Shown piece by piece: positions 8,059 to 17,837 of a DNA stretch of 38,617 nucleotides (position 1 is the stretch's first letter; every line of letters starts with the position of its first letter). The position numbers and the translations under genes are program-made. The notes below the pieces were generated by a model. The model worked only from the letters and a program-made list of their open reading frames with translations. It was not told where the DNA came from and did no database searches. The DNA comes from Desulfobacterales bacterium. Lineage in GTDB: Bacteria > Desulfobacterota > Desulfobacteria > Desulfobacterales > UBA5852. The stretch spans positions 1 through 38,617 of the forward strand of contig JASJED010000074.1 of NCBI GenBank assembly GCA_030065585.1, in the 5' to 3' direction.

Positions 8059-9335
8059 TGGCCGCCCTCCTGTTTGTGGCGCTGGCCCTGCTGGCGCTTC
8101 TGGGAGCGCCCCTGTTCACCGTACTGCTGGCGGTGGCCATGGTCGGTTTCCATCTTCAGGGGATCGATCTGTCCGCCACAGCCATCGAGATCTACCGCTT
8201 GGCCGACATGCCCCTGTTGTTGGCCCTGCCCTTTTTTGCCTTTGCCGGTTACATCATCGGGCACAGCCAGACATCCCGGCGCCTGGTCCGGTTGACCCAG
8301 GTTTTCCTGGGATGGCTGCCGGGGGGGCTGGCCATCGTCTCCCTGGTGACCTGTGCCCTGTTCACCGCCTTTACCGGTGCGTCGGGCGTGACCATCGTGG
8401 CGTTGGGGGCGCTGCTCCACCCGGCCCTGATCCAGGACGGCTACCGTGAACGCTTCAGTTTGGGGCTCGTGACCTCCTCCGGGAGTCTGGGGCTTCTGTT
8501 TCCGCCTTCCGTGCCGCTGATCTTATACGGGGTCGTCGCCCAGCAGATGGGGGTCGGGCCGTTGTTCGCGATCGAAGACCTCTTCTGGGCCGGATTGATC
8601 CCCGGCATTTTAATGATCGCTTTGCTGTCGTGCTGGAGTCTGTGGGCCAACCGGGAGAAGATCCGCGCGGCCGAGCGGTTTTCCGCCACCGCCGCCATGG
8701 CGGCCCTGCGCGAGGCCATCTGGGAAATACCGCTGCCGATTTTTTTGATCATCGGCATCTACGGCGGGTTCCTGGCCATCTCCGAAGCGGCGATCATTAC
8801 GGCGGCCTATGTGGTGGTGGTCGAAGTTTTCATCTACCGGGAAATCGGTCTCGGTGAGCTTCCGGCGATCATGCGCGATGCCATGGTGATGGTGGGCGGC
8901 ATCCTGTTGATTCTGGGGGTATCGCTGGCCTTTACCAACTATCTGATCGACGCGGAGGTGCCCACCCGCCTGTTCAACCTGATCCAGCGGCATGTCAGTG
9001 AGCGGATCATCTTTCTCATGCTGCTCAATATCCTGCTTCTCCTGCTGGGCGCTTTTCTGGATATCTTTTCGGCCCTGGTCATCATGGTGCCCCTGATCCT
9101 GCCGGTGGCGGTCAGCTACGGCGTCAATCCGGTCCATCTGGGCATTATTTTCCTGGCCAACATGCAGATCGGCTATTTCACCCCGCCGGTGGGCATGAAC
9201 CTGTTCATCGCCAGCTACCGCTTCGAAAAGCCGGTCGCCACCCTCTATCGGGCCACGATTCCTTTCATGCTGGTGCTGCTGGCATCGGTGCTGATCATCA
9301 CCTACTGGCCCCCGCTGAGTTTGTCGTTTCTTTAA
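8058..9335 (+). CDS. dctM: TRAP large permease DctM
   Basis: TGATG coupling to dctQ; GSLGLLFPPSVPLILY, NPVHLGIIF, TPPVGMNLF. Confidence 0.92.
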   Translation: MAALLFVALALLALLGAPLFTVLLAVAMVGFHLQGIDLSATAIEIYRLADMPLLLALPFFAFAGYIIGHSQTSRRLVRLTQVFLGWLPGGLAIVSLVTCALFTAFTGASGVTIVALGALLHPALIQDGYRERFSLGLVTSSGSLGLLFPPSVPLILYGVVAQQMGVGPLFAIEDLFWAGLIPGILMIALLSCWSLWANREKIRAAERFSATAAMAALREAIWEIPLPIFLIIGIYGGFLAISEAAIITAAYVVVVEVFIYREIGLGELPAIMRDAMVMVGGILLILGVSLAFTNYLIDAEVPTRLFNLIQRHVSERIIFLMLLNILLLLLGAFLDIFSALVIMVPLILPVAVSYGVNPVHLGIIFLANMQIGYFTPPVGMNLFIASYRFEKPVATLYRATIPFMLVLLASVLIITYWPPLSLSFL

Positions 9336-9608
9336 GTCGCCGACACTTGCATCGTGCCACACGGTGGATTGCGCCATTGCGTCGGCTGAATTCGTTTGGC
9401 GTCACACCCCCCCTTCTGGTGAGAGACCCGACGAGGTTTGACCAATCCGGCATAATCGCAACAAAGTTGCTTTTCTTTCACATGAAATGAAAGTAACCTA
9501 TAGAAATCGTCGATGGACCTGGCGGTTTGGTATCCGTAGACTTACACTGTTCGGCCGGCGTGGTGCGTGTGAGAATGGTGCGGAGATACGAGAATAGACG
9601 ACAATTGA

Positions 9609-9624
9609 TGGTATGGAAATTGCT
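9609..9624 (+). promoter_or_regulatory. Putative sigma54 -24/-12 promoter
   Basis: TGGTAT-GGAAA-TTGCT with correct spacing, about 65 nt upstream of ATG 9690. Confidence 0.55.
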
Positions 9625-9689
9625 TTCGTTTAGCGCAATGATACCGGCATCGATGACCCACTACCCTCATCTGACAAGGAAATGCCCAT

Positions 9690-11786
9690 ATGAAGCGGCT
9701 ATCGCTTAACCTATCGGCAATCTTGATCTTTATCGGCATTCAATTGGGCTTGGTCCTTCCCCTGGCGGCCGAATCCTTCCCCCGGTACGAGGCCATCCAA
9801 CCCAATGTATCTTTTTGGGAAAAGATCTATTCGGAATATCCCACCACCCGGGCGGTCGTGCATGACAGCAAGGATCTCGGTATCGTCTACGAGGTTATTG
9901 CCCTTAAACCCCACGATGCGCCGGGGGCACGTAAGATCAACCGTAAACGCATGAAGCGGGCCCGGGCCACATACCAGGGGCTCTTGAAGCGCCTGGCCGC
10001 CGATCCGCACCTTCAGGATCCCGAGGCCCGCCGGGTGGCCGCCTTGTTCGGACCGGGGGCCGGCGCGAAGGCCTTTGGGCGTGCGCGTCACCGGGTGCGC
10101 TGCCAAATTGGACAGAAGGATCGATTCCGGGCCGGTTTGATACGCTCCGGCGCCTATCTCGACGAAATCCGGACCATTTTGCAATCTTACGGCGTACCCC
10201 AGGATCTGGCCTACCTGCCCCATGTGGAGTCGTCGTTCAATCCCAAGGCCTACAGCAAGTTCGGCGCCGCCGGGATCTGGCAGTTTACGCGCTCGACCGG
10301 CAAGCGTTTCATGCGCGTGGGCTACGAGGTCGACGAGCGCCGCGACCCCATTATAGCAACCCATGCCGCCGCCCGTTTGCTCAAGGAAAACCATGAACGG
10401 CTGGGCAGTTGGCCCCTGGCCATTACGGCCTACAATCATGGGGCCTCCGGCGTGGCGCGGGCCAAACGCAAATACGGCGACTATCCGAGCATCTTTCGAT
10501 CGTATCGCAGCCGCACCTTCAAGTTCGCCTCGCGGAATTTCTACGCCGAATTCCTGGCCGCCCGTCAAGTGGCTGCCAACCACCAACAATATTTTGACAC
10601 CCTGACCATGGATCAACCGGTACCCTCCCGTACCGTGACCCTCGCGGGGTATGCCCGTTTCAGCGACCTCTGCGCACACTTCGCGATCGAACCGCAAGCG
10701 CTGCAATCGATGAATCCGGCCCTGCGCCCGCCGGTCATCAATGGTCAGAAATATGTTCCCAAGGGCTATCACCTGCGTCTGCCCGCGCCGGACGGCAGCG
10801 ATGTCCTGCTGGCGGCCATTCCCGCAAGCCTTTATCTTTCGGCCCAAAAGCCCAGCCGTTTTTACACGGTCCAGCGCGGTGATACGGCCGGCAAGATTGC
10901 GCGGGCCAACGGTGTGCGCCTGGCCGATTTGATCGCCGTCAACAATCTAAACCGCCGGGCCACGATCTACCCCCGGCAGACGCTGCGCATTCCCCTGCCC
11001 GATGAAACCGTGGCCGCCAAAACCCCACCGCCGAAACCTACGCTGATGGCGGATCGTGGCGCGGCCAGCCCCTCACCGACGCCCCCGCCGGAGCGCGCTC
11101 CGGCGCAGGAACCTGCGCCAACGCCGCCTAAGCGACCCGAACCGCCGGCGGCCGCTGCGGTTGAACTGCCGCGCCCCATGGCGGCGTCAATCGTGCCGCT
11201 GCCGGCGCCTGAGCGGATCGAAGCCCCGGTCGAAAAAACACCGATTTCGGCCGCCCAGGCGCCCAGTGCCGAGATTGTCGCCGCCGATGTTCATTTCGAG
11301 CGCATGGCCACCATTCAGGATCGGCCAGCGGGCATTCTGCAGGTGGAAGTCGAGGAGACCCTGGGCCACTATGCGGAATGGGCCGGCGTGCGCACCCAGG
11401 CGATTCGACGCCTGAACGAACTGCCTTACGGCCGCACGCTGCATTTGCACCAGAAAGTCAAGATACCGCTGCACCGGACCACCCAGGCCGCGTTTGAGGA
11501 GCACCGCTATGAATTTCACAAACGCCTGCAGGAGGACTTCTTTGCGGTCTACCGCGTCAGTGAGCTGGAAACCTACCGGGTGCAAAGGGGGGACAGCTAC
11601 TGGACCCTGTGCCGCAATAAATTCGATATACCCATGTGGCTGCTCAAACACTACAATGCCGATATCGACCTGGCGAATCTGCAATTCCGTCAGAAGCTGA
11701 TGATCCCGGTGATCGAGAAAACCGACGCCGGTGACCCCGGTACGGTGGCCGCGGATCCGGTTGCCGAAACGCCGGACGAGTCATAG
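9690..11786 (+). CDS. MltD-like lytic transglycosylase with LysM domains
   Basis: SLT motifs HVESSF, AAGIWQF, AITAYNHG; LysM repeats YTVQRGDT and YRVQRGDS; Pro-rich linker. Confidence 0.9.
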   Translation: MKRLSLNLSAILIFIGIQLGLVLPLAAESFPRYEAIQPNVSFWEKIYSEYPTTRAVVHDSKDLGIVYEVIALKPHDAPGARKINRKRMKRARATYQGLLKRLAADPHLQDPEARRVAALFGPGAGAKAFGRARHRVRCQIGQKDRFRAGLIRSGAYLDEIRTILQSYGVPQDLAYLPHVESSFNPKAYSKFGAAGIWQFTRSTGKRFMRVGYEVDERRDPIIATHAAARLLKENHERLGSWPLAITAYNHGASGVARAKRKYGDYPSIFRSYRSRTFKFASRNFYAEFLAARQVAANHQQYFDTLTMDQPVPSRTVTLAGYARFSDLCAHFAIEPQALQSMNPALRPPVINGQKYVPKGYHLRLPAPDGSDVLLAAIPASLYLSAQKPSRFYTVQRGDTAGKIARANGVRLADLIAVNNLNRRATIYPRQTLRIPLPDETVAAKTPPPKPTLMADRGAASPSPTPPPERAPAQEPAPTPPKRPEPPAAAAVELPRPMAASIVPLPAPERIEAPVEKTPISAAQAPSAEIVAADVHFERMATIQDRPAGILQVEVEETLGHYAEWAGVRTQAIRRLNELPYGRTLHLHQKVKIPLHRTTQAAFEEHRYEFHKRLQEDFFAVYRVSELETYRVQRGDSYWTLCRNKFDIPMWLLKHYNADIDLANLQFRQKLMIPVIEKTDAGDPGTVAADPVAETPDES

Positions 11787-12019
11787 CTTACCCTATTTGC
11801 AATCTACCGCGCCTGGCGCGGGTGGTTGCGGTGCTAAACACACGGCAGGTAAAACGGCCGTCGATATTACGGTAAACACGGGGGCATCCCCTGAAATTGA
11901 TCTCGAGCTGAAAGTTGGATCTCAATGACGCAAAGTGCCCCGAACAACCATGACCGTCCGGGCCGAGATATGATGATCACGAGGCCCCCCTATCCGGTCG
12001 CAGGCCCGCGGGTCTGGAT

Positions 12020-13003
12020 ATGACGCGCCCTTCGATGACGCGTGGGCGGAATCATTGCCGGCAATGCCTCCCCTGGGTGGCCATTTTCCTGATTGGCCTT
12101 TGGGCTGTGGCGGCTTGTCCGGCCACGGCCGCTGCCACGCAGGTCCGTTTCTTCTACAGCGGTGACGGTCATATCAATCTGGCCAGCAGTAAAAACGGCA
12201 CGACCTTCGATGGTCGCTATCGAATTGCCGCCGACCGCTACGACCCCGAAGCCCTCAAAGCCTTGCACCGTGTCTTCGCTGCGCCTTATACGCCTGACAA
12301 GCCGCGCTTGTCATTGCGACTGGTCGAGTATCTGGACTACCTGCAAGACCATCTGCATCCCGGTGCGCGAATCACCATCACTTCCGGCTACCGCAGTCCG
12401 GCCTATAACAGCAAGGTCCGAAAAGGCGGTGGCCTGGCGGCCAAAGCCAGCATGCATCAGTATGGGATGGCCGCCGATTTTATCATGGAAGGGGTGCCCT
12501 CACGGCGGGTGTGGGAAAAGGTCAGGGCCTTGGGCTTCGGCGGCACCGGCTATTACCAGGGCAAGACGGTGCACGTCGACGTGGGCCCGGCGCGGTTTTG
12601 GGACCAGACCGACTCGGGAGTCGGTACGGGCATCTCCGACGACAACCAACTGATCGGACTGGTGGCGGATTACGACATCTACGCACCGGGGGCGGTGATG
12701 TATATGCATTTTATCCGCATGACCGCTTTTCCGATCGGCGTAACCGCGACGTTTGAATTGCGCCGCCGGCCGTCGGCGGGCGAAGTCCTCGAATCGACAG
12801 CCTTCCACCCGGACTTCAACCGATCCTACGAGGGGGACTGCCTGCATCTGGAGGATGTCGAAGAGATGGCTTTCATCCGCTGGCGCCTGCCACGCGACCT
12901 GCCACCGGGGCGTTATGACATTCAAGCCCGTTTCTGTGATTCCCGCTGGGAGCGCATGCCTCCTCAGGTCGCCACCCCGGTGTTTGTCATCAGCGCACCA
13001 TGA
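12020..13003 (+). CDS. DUF882/YcbK (peptidase M15-like) exported protein
   Basis: ITSGYRSPAYN, SMHQYGMAAD, VHVDVGPARFW; signal peptide; extra C-terminal beta-rich domain. Confidence 0.85.
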   Translation: MTRPSMTRGRNHCRQCLPWVAIFLIGLWAVAACPATAAATQVRFFYSGDGHINLASSKNGTTFDGRYRIAADRYDPEALKALHRVFAAPYTPDKPRLSLRLVEYLDYLQDHLHPGARITITSGYRSPAYNSKVRKGGGLAAKASMHQYGMAADFIMEGVPSRRVWEKVRALGFGGTGYYQGKTVHVDVGPARFWDQTDSGVGTGISDDNQLIGLVADYDIYAPGAVMYMHFIRMTAFPIGVTATFELRRRPSAGEVLESTAFHPDFNRSYEGDCLHLEDVEEMAFIRWRLPRDLPPGRYDIQARFCDSRWERMPPQVATPVFVISAP

Positions 13004-13083
13004 GCCTTTAGCGGCCAAGACAACCAACCTGCGGCACGGCGATTTCGGATGCCAGGGGGTCGCCAATCCGGGAGCGTAACCCA

Positions 13084-13725
13084 ATGGAAACCAACCTCAA
13101 TGCGGTCGAAACCAGGATCCTGGGAAGTCTCATGGAAAAGGCGCTGTCCACGCCCGATTACTACCCCCTGTCGTTGAACGCCCTGCTCAATGCCTGTAAC
13201 CAGAAATCAAGCCGTGATCCGGTGGTGACCTATGACGCGCCGAGCGTACAGTCCGCACTCGAGGGATTGGAAGCCAAGGGCCTGGTGGACTGTAGCCGTT
13301 TGGGGCGCGTGCCTAAATTTGCGGAGCTTTTCGGCCGCCAGCACGACCTGATGCCTCCCGAAATAGCGGCGCTGTCCGTAATGCTCCTGCGCGGCCCCCA
13401 GACGGCCGGTGAGATTCGCAGCCGCACAGCCCGCATGCATCGGTTTAGCGGGCTGGAAGCGGTCCTGGAAACCCTGGCCCGACTCACCGAATGGGGCCTC
13501 TGCCACCGCTTGGCACGCCTGCCCGGCCACAAGGAAGACCGTTATGCGCACCGGCTCGGTGATACGGACGAAGCGCCGGCGGTGAAAGTTGAAGCGGATC
13601 CGGGACCAACCACGCCGCAGGCGGTTGACCGCATCGAAACCCTGGAGCAGGCGGTCGCTTCCCTGCGTGCTGAGTTGTCCGCGCTGCAAGCTGAATTCAG
13701 TGCCTTTAAATCCCAATTTGAATAG
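13084..13725 (+). CDS. YceH/DUF480 family protein
   Basis: EKALSTPDYYPLSLNALLNACNQKSSRDPV, LRGPQTAGE, coiled-coil C-terminus. Confidence 0.92.
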   Translation: METNLNAVETRILGSLMEKALSTPDYYPLSLNALLNACNQKSSRDPVVTYDAPSVQSALEGLEAKGLVDCSRLGRVPKFAELFGRQHDLMPPEIAALSVMLLRGPQTAGEIRSRTARMHRFSGLEAVLETLARLTEWGLCHRLARLPGHKEDRYAHRLGDTDEAPAVKVEADPGPTTPQAVDRIETLEQAVASLRAELSALQAEFSAFKSQFE

Positions 13726-13837
13726 ATTTGATCTCTTCGTTCCCTGTGCTTAGCGTTTAAAGACTGCGCAATCCAGCGTGCCGGCGTTCGGCCCCCATGG
13801 CGGCCGGCCGCGATGATGAAGCTTTCGAGGTGCCGCC

Positions 13838-14326
13838 ATGCGCAGACAAAAAGTATTCGTCACCAGTGACGGTAAGGCCACCTTCGTCTGTCCCGCGTGC
13901 GCGCGCTCGCGGACCGTGGATGCGGCCCGCAACCCCACGCTTTCACGCGCCGCCAGGGTGCGGGTCAAGTGCCCCTGTGGCCACCAGTATCCCGTGAGCC
14001 TGGAACGCCGCCGCTATTTCCGCAAGGCGGTTGATTTGCGCGGCACGTTTGTCCAAACGGTCGACGGTCGGCACGTGGACGGCGGGCCAATGGTCGTCCT
14101 CGACCTGTCGCGCACGGGGATGCGGATCCGGTTAAACGAGAGCCGGCCCGTAAGGATCGGCGACACCCTCGTGGTCAAGTTCCAGTTGGACGATCGTCAG
14201 CAGTCGTTGATTCACAAAGAAAGCATCGTGCGTCGGATCGATGGGGTCGATCTGGGCACCGAGTTTACCGCGTCCAACGTGATCGATGCCAGCACGCGGG
14301 CCATCGGATTTTACCTTACCGGTTGA
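13838..14326 (+). CDS. PilZ-domain protein with an N-terminal Zn-ribbon
   Basis: RBS GAGGTG; CPAC...CPCG; PilZ motifs RRYFR (RxxxR) and DLSRTG (D/NxSxxG). Confidence 0.88.
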   Translation: MRRQKVFVTSDGKATFVCPACARSRTVDAARNPTLSRAARVRVKCPCGHQYPVSLERRRYFRKAVDLRGTFVQTVDGRHVDGGPMVVLDLSRTGMRIRLNESRPVRIGDTLVVKFQLDDRQQSLIHKESIVRRIDGVDLGTEFTASNVIDASTRAIGFYLTG

Positions 14327-14357
14327 ATACGATGAACTCGCTACAAGTTATCTTACA

Positions 14358-14481
14358 GACGGTTTTGTAAACACTTCGAGAGACGGCGTGAGATGCCCGG
14401 GGAATGAAGCGTATTTAAAGTACGCTGAACTGGACGAGGGCTGAAGCGTAACGCCGCTATCGGACTGTTTACGAGACCGTC
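14358..14481. repeat. 124-bp dispersed inverted-repeat element, copy 2
   Basis: GACGGTTTTGTAAACAC...CTGTTTACGAGACCGTC; central AGCGTAT-ttaaa-GTACGCT; lies between convergent genes; extra half-arm GATGAACTCGCTACAAG at 14331. Confidence 0.85.
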
Positions 14482-14483
14482 AA

Positions 14484-15104
14484 TCAGCGGTTCTCGAGAT
14501 CCTTGATCCGCTGCCGTGTCAATCGGCGCATGGCGCGGGACAATTCCCCGGGGGCTTCCAGAATCTGGCGGTAGGCTTGCAGCGCTCTCGGTTGATCCTC
14601 TAACCATTCATAATTGCGGGCCAGTTGGAAACGGGTGACAAAGTCCGCTGGACGGGCCTGGCGGGCAACGGTCAGGCTGCGGATGGCGGCGTGGGGGTCG
14701 CCGCGTCTTTCGTAATGCTGCGCCAAGGCGGCCTGCAGGGCAAAGCGAAGATCTTCATCCGATCGGTGCGCCTCGTTTTCCAGCGCGTTCACTAGATATG
14801 CCTCCGTGTGCTGATCCGCCGCGATCGATTGGAATGCGGCCGGGCCGAGTTTGTCGGTGATCTGCTGCCGGATGAACATTTCCCGGCGCCGGGTATGAAA
14901 ATCGAATTCGGTCTGGCAGTCCTTGGCGCTGGGGAAGAAATTGGCGCGGAGCATGGGCAGCGCAATCGAGATCACCGCCGCGACCACAAGCAGGGCCAGC
15001 GGATCGAGGCGGCCACTGGTCAGCATGCGATAGACGAGGATGCTGGCAACGACGATTGCGCCGATGGCGGCTAAGGCAATAAGCAGAACCCGGTTGAACG
15101 TCAT
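14484..15104 (-). CDS. Membrane-anchored TPR-like protein
   Basis: Two N-terminal TM helices; C-terminal TPR-like helices (LAQHYERRGD..A, LARNYEWLEDQPRALQAY); ATGA coupling with the upstream gene. Confidence 0.75.
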   Translation of the reverse strand: MTFNRVLLIALAAIGAIVVASILVYRMLTSGRLDPLALLVVAAVISIALPMLRANFFPSAKDCQTEFDFHTRRREMFIRQQITDKLGPAAFQSIAADQHTEAYLVNALENEAHRSDEDLRFALQAALAQHYERRGDPHAAIRSLTVARQARPADFVTRFQLARNYEWLEDQPRALQAYRQILEAPGELSRAMRRLTRQRIKDLENR

Positions 15105-16372
15105 GGCCTGTCTCGCGGCAAGCCTTTATCGCTCGTGTGGGCTTCGACCTGCCGGGCAAAGCCTATGAAGCGTCGGGCCTCGTGGTCATGGCCTTGGTGG
15201 GCATAGATACGGGCCACACGGCGGTAATATTGTGCGGCATTGGTTGGTATTTCCTGCACGAGGGCCAGATACGATTCCAGTAGGTCGGTGTCATACTGGC
15301 TTTCGGCAAAACACAGCTCAGCGTATTCGTGGCGGATCTGGGGGTCGATGCGGGCACCGCAGCCACGGCAACGGTCGATGATGCCCCGGTAGAGCTCCCG
15401 GGCGCGGTCGCGGTCCTGCAGATCCAGGCAGACCCGGGCCAGCTTGTGGGCCACCGTCGGGTCCCATCCATGGGTGTCGATGAAGCGATGATAATGCTGC
15501 CGGGCGGATTCGTGTTTTCCAGCGCGCGTGAGGGTTTCGCCCCGCAGGAGCAAGGCCGCCACGGATGTCGCCAGATCGGTCGGCAGGGTATCCAGAAGGG
15601 CCAGGGCCCTGTCAAAATTTTTCTGGTCCCAGTAGATTTCGCACAGAAGCTGATAGGCGGGCAGGGCTTCGGGGTGATGGCGGCGAAAAAGGCGTAGCAG
15701 ATCATGGGCCGCGGATTGGCGATTCAAGTTTAGATAGGCCGTGGCCAGTTCCAGCGGGATGTAGCTGTCCGGCTCGGGGTGGGCCTTGTGGGCTTGCTCA
15801 AGGTGGCGGACGGCGTTTTCAAAGGCCCCTCGATTGAGGGCGATGTAACCCCGCTTGAAATCATCGCCGTAACGCTGATATGCTTGGCCCACAGCGGCCG
15901 GCAGGGTGTGGCATAACGCCAGGAAATAATCATCGTCCCCCGTCGCCGGCAACTGGCCGGCGGGCGTTTCCCGACGTACTGCCCCGCGAACAGCCGGCTC
16001 GGGGGCATTGACCTCGTAATACCGGCCCTCGAGTTCCCGGAGCGCTCGTTCCAGGGTGCGCTGAAAATCTTGATCGGTACTGACTTCGATTGCCAGCGTC
16101 AGCATTTCGTGGGCTTCGGCCCAATAGTGGCCGTCCATCAGGTCGCGCGCCTGGCGCCAATGATCGCGGGCCAGGGCCTGTCGCGCCTGCCGGATCTTGG
16201 CGGATAGCCGGTGCTGACGGTCGCCTGGGGTTCCGGAGCGTTTGGCGAGTTTGTCCCGAGCGCTTTCGTAGACCAGCATGGCTTCACCCCATCGACCGGC
16301 CGCCATCAGTCGATCGCCTTTGTGCTCCAGTTTTTCGGGGGTCGCTCCCGTCAGCCGTTCCAGAAGGGACAT
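15101..16372 (-). CDS. Tetratricopeptide repeat protein
   Basis: Multiple TPR-like units (GDRLMAAGRWGEA, GYIALNRGAFENAV, AYQLLCEIYW); CRGC motif; start taken at MSLLERL. Confidence 0.8.
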   Translation of the reverse strand: MSLLERLTGATPEKLEHKGDRLMAAGRWGEAMLVYESARDKLAKRSGTPGDRQHRLSAKIRQARQALARDHWRQARDLMDGHYWAEAHEMLTLAIEVSTDQDFQRTLERALRELEGRYYEVNAPEPAVRGAVRRETPAGQLPATGDDDYFLALCHTLPAAVGQAYQRYGDDFKRGYIALNRGAFENAVRHLEQAHKAHPEPDSYIPLELATAYLNLNRQSAAHDLLRLFRRHHPEALPAYQLLCEIYWDQKNFDRALALLDTLPTDLATSVAALLLRGETLTRAGKHESARQHYHRFIDTHGWDPTVAHKLARVCLDLQDRDRARELYRGIIDRCRGCGARIDPQIRHEYAELCFAESQYDTDLLESYLALVQEIPTNAAQYYRRVARIYAHQGHDHEARRFIGFARQVEAHTSDKGLPRDRP

Positions 16373-16682
16373 GGGTATACACTCCGGTATCCGTTTGGGG
16401 CTCGCTTGCCAGGGTCTTTCAGGGCTATCAGGCCAAACCCGGGATTGCAAGGCGATCGGCATCCACCGCGGCGATTCGAACGAATTGAGCCTGACGCTGG
16501 AAAATTTTCAGTTCAGACTTATGTTCATAATTGACACATCTTGATGCGATCTGATTTTCCGGATTGTGAAAACCTAAAACGTTACCGGCGAACAGGCAAG
16601 GTGCTCGCGGGTAGCGTTGATTATCGTCCAGCCCGGGAATCATTGGCCGGCACAGATCATTCATTTATTGGGGGGGGTCCAA

Positions 16683-17588
16683 ATGGAGACTTTCAGGGAA
16701 GAGTCGCAACCCATTGAATTCGTCGTCGGGGAAACCTACGAGAACGAAAAGGGTGTTTTCGAGGTCTTGTCAATTCAGCGGGATGCAATGGTCATTCAAT
16801 GGGAAAACGGCGAATCTATCGAAACCACGGTCAGTTTTCAACGCCGTATTCAGGAGCGTCGTCGCTGGGAGCGCCAACGCCGCGAAAAGCTCGCGGCGGC
16901 ATCGGGCGCCAAGGGGCGCCGCACCGCCCGCAAGGCCGGATCGACCTTCGAAGGTTTCCGACTCGAGGATTTCAAAAAGACCATCAGTCGCACACCCTGG
17001 CGCAGCCGCAGCCAGTTTGGCGGTGCCGTTACAACCCGATTGTCATCATCGCGGCTGAATGTCAATTCATGGGCGGCCAAACGCCGCAACGAAGTCTATT
17101 GGGCCGACGCCGCCCGTTGGAAGGCCAAGACCGTCGATTATCCCGCCAAGTTTTTCACCCGGGCCGACGAGACAACACTGGCCTGGGGTTTTTACATCGA
17201 ACGCGCAGATGCCGATCGCATCATCTCACCCGACTGGGAGACTTTCATGCGCTGGCTTGGTGACGTCGAGAACGATAGCTGGCTGCGTGAGACGGCCCTT
17301 GAGCACGATCTCCTGGTTTACGATGCCCATCAGCGCACTTTCGGTGGTATTATCAAGCCCCAAACCAGCAACTGGGTGGTGAGCGATGGCGACACATCGA
17401 GCGAAACGGCCCAACTGGCCCCGATCATCGAAAGCTGGCCGGCGACGACCTGGATCGACCTGATGGTTGCCAAGCGAATCGACAAGGAGGATGCCATCGA
17501 GCGCGGTCAGGACATGGCTGCCGATGTGGCTGAACTGATCGACCTGCTTTTTCCGCTCTACGAATCTTCCGCGTCGTCCTCTGCCTGA
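16683..17588 (+). CDS. Hypothetical protein
   Basis: Long ORF with a G-rich RBS and protein-like composition; small N-terminal beta domain, basic linker and C-terminal alpha/beta domain ending LLFPLYE. Confidence 0.75.
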   Translation: METFREESQPIEFVVGETYENEKGVFEVLSIQRDAMVIQWENGESIETTVSFQRRIQERRRWERQRREKLAAASGAKGRRTARKAGSTFEGFRLEDFKKTISRTPWRSRSQFGGAVTTRLSSSRLNVNSWAAKRRNEVYWADAARWKAKTVDYPAKFFTRADETTLAWGFYIERADADRIISPDWETFMRWLGDVENDSWLRETALEHDLLVYDAHQRTFGGIIKPQTSNWVVSDGDTSSETAQLAPIIESWPATTWIDLMVAKRIDKEDAIERGQDMAADVAELIDLLFPLYESSASSSA

Positions 17589-17720
17589 AATCTCGCAAGC
17601 ATCACCGGCAGAGTGTGCACCGTCGGCGCTACGATGGTTGCCTACAAGTTTGGAATGTCTCTCCGAATATTTATTCTGCGGCGACGGGGCGCATTTGTCT
17701 GACCGCGCCCTGGCAACCGG

Positions 17721-17837
17721 TCATAGCTGGATCACCCAGCGCATGGCATAGGACAGCAGCAAAGTGCCGATCAGGCCGCCGCACCACAACAGAATGAACC
17801 AGATCCACTGACGCTGTTTTTCAGTAAGCGGTCTCAT
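17721..17837 (-). CDS. 38-aa single-TM protein, DUF2474-like small cytochrome bd accessory subunit
   Basis: ATG lies inside the 3' end of cydB: MRPLTEKQRQWIWFILLWCGGLIGTLLLSYAMRWVIQL*; below the ORF-track length cutoff. Confidence 0.75.
   Translation of the reverse strand: MRPLTEKQRQWIWFILLWCGGLIGTLLLSYAMRWVIQL

Noticed and set aside
9711-10847. Long antisense ORFs (also 27258-28229, 35318-36244, 37449-38372, 19340-20167)
   Set aside because: These are shadow ORFs opposite well-supported genes in GC-rich DNA, with no recognisable motifs.
11875-11945. Possible c-di-GMP-I riboswitch (GAAA loop followed by GACGCAAAG)
   Set aside because: The upstream GGCAAA junction and the P3 tetraloop receptor are missing, and the stems pair poorly.
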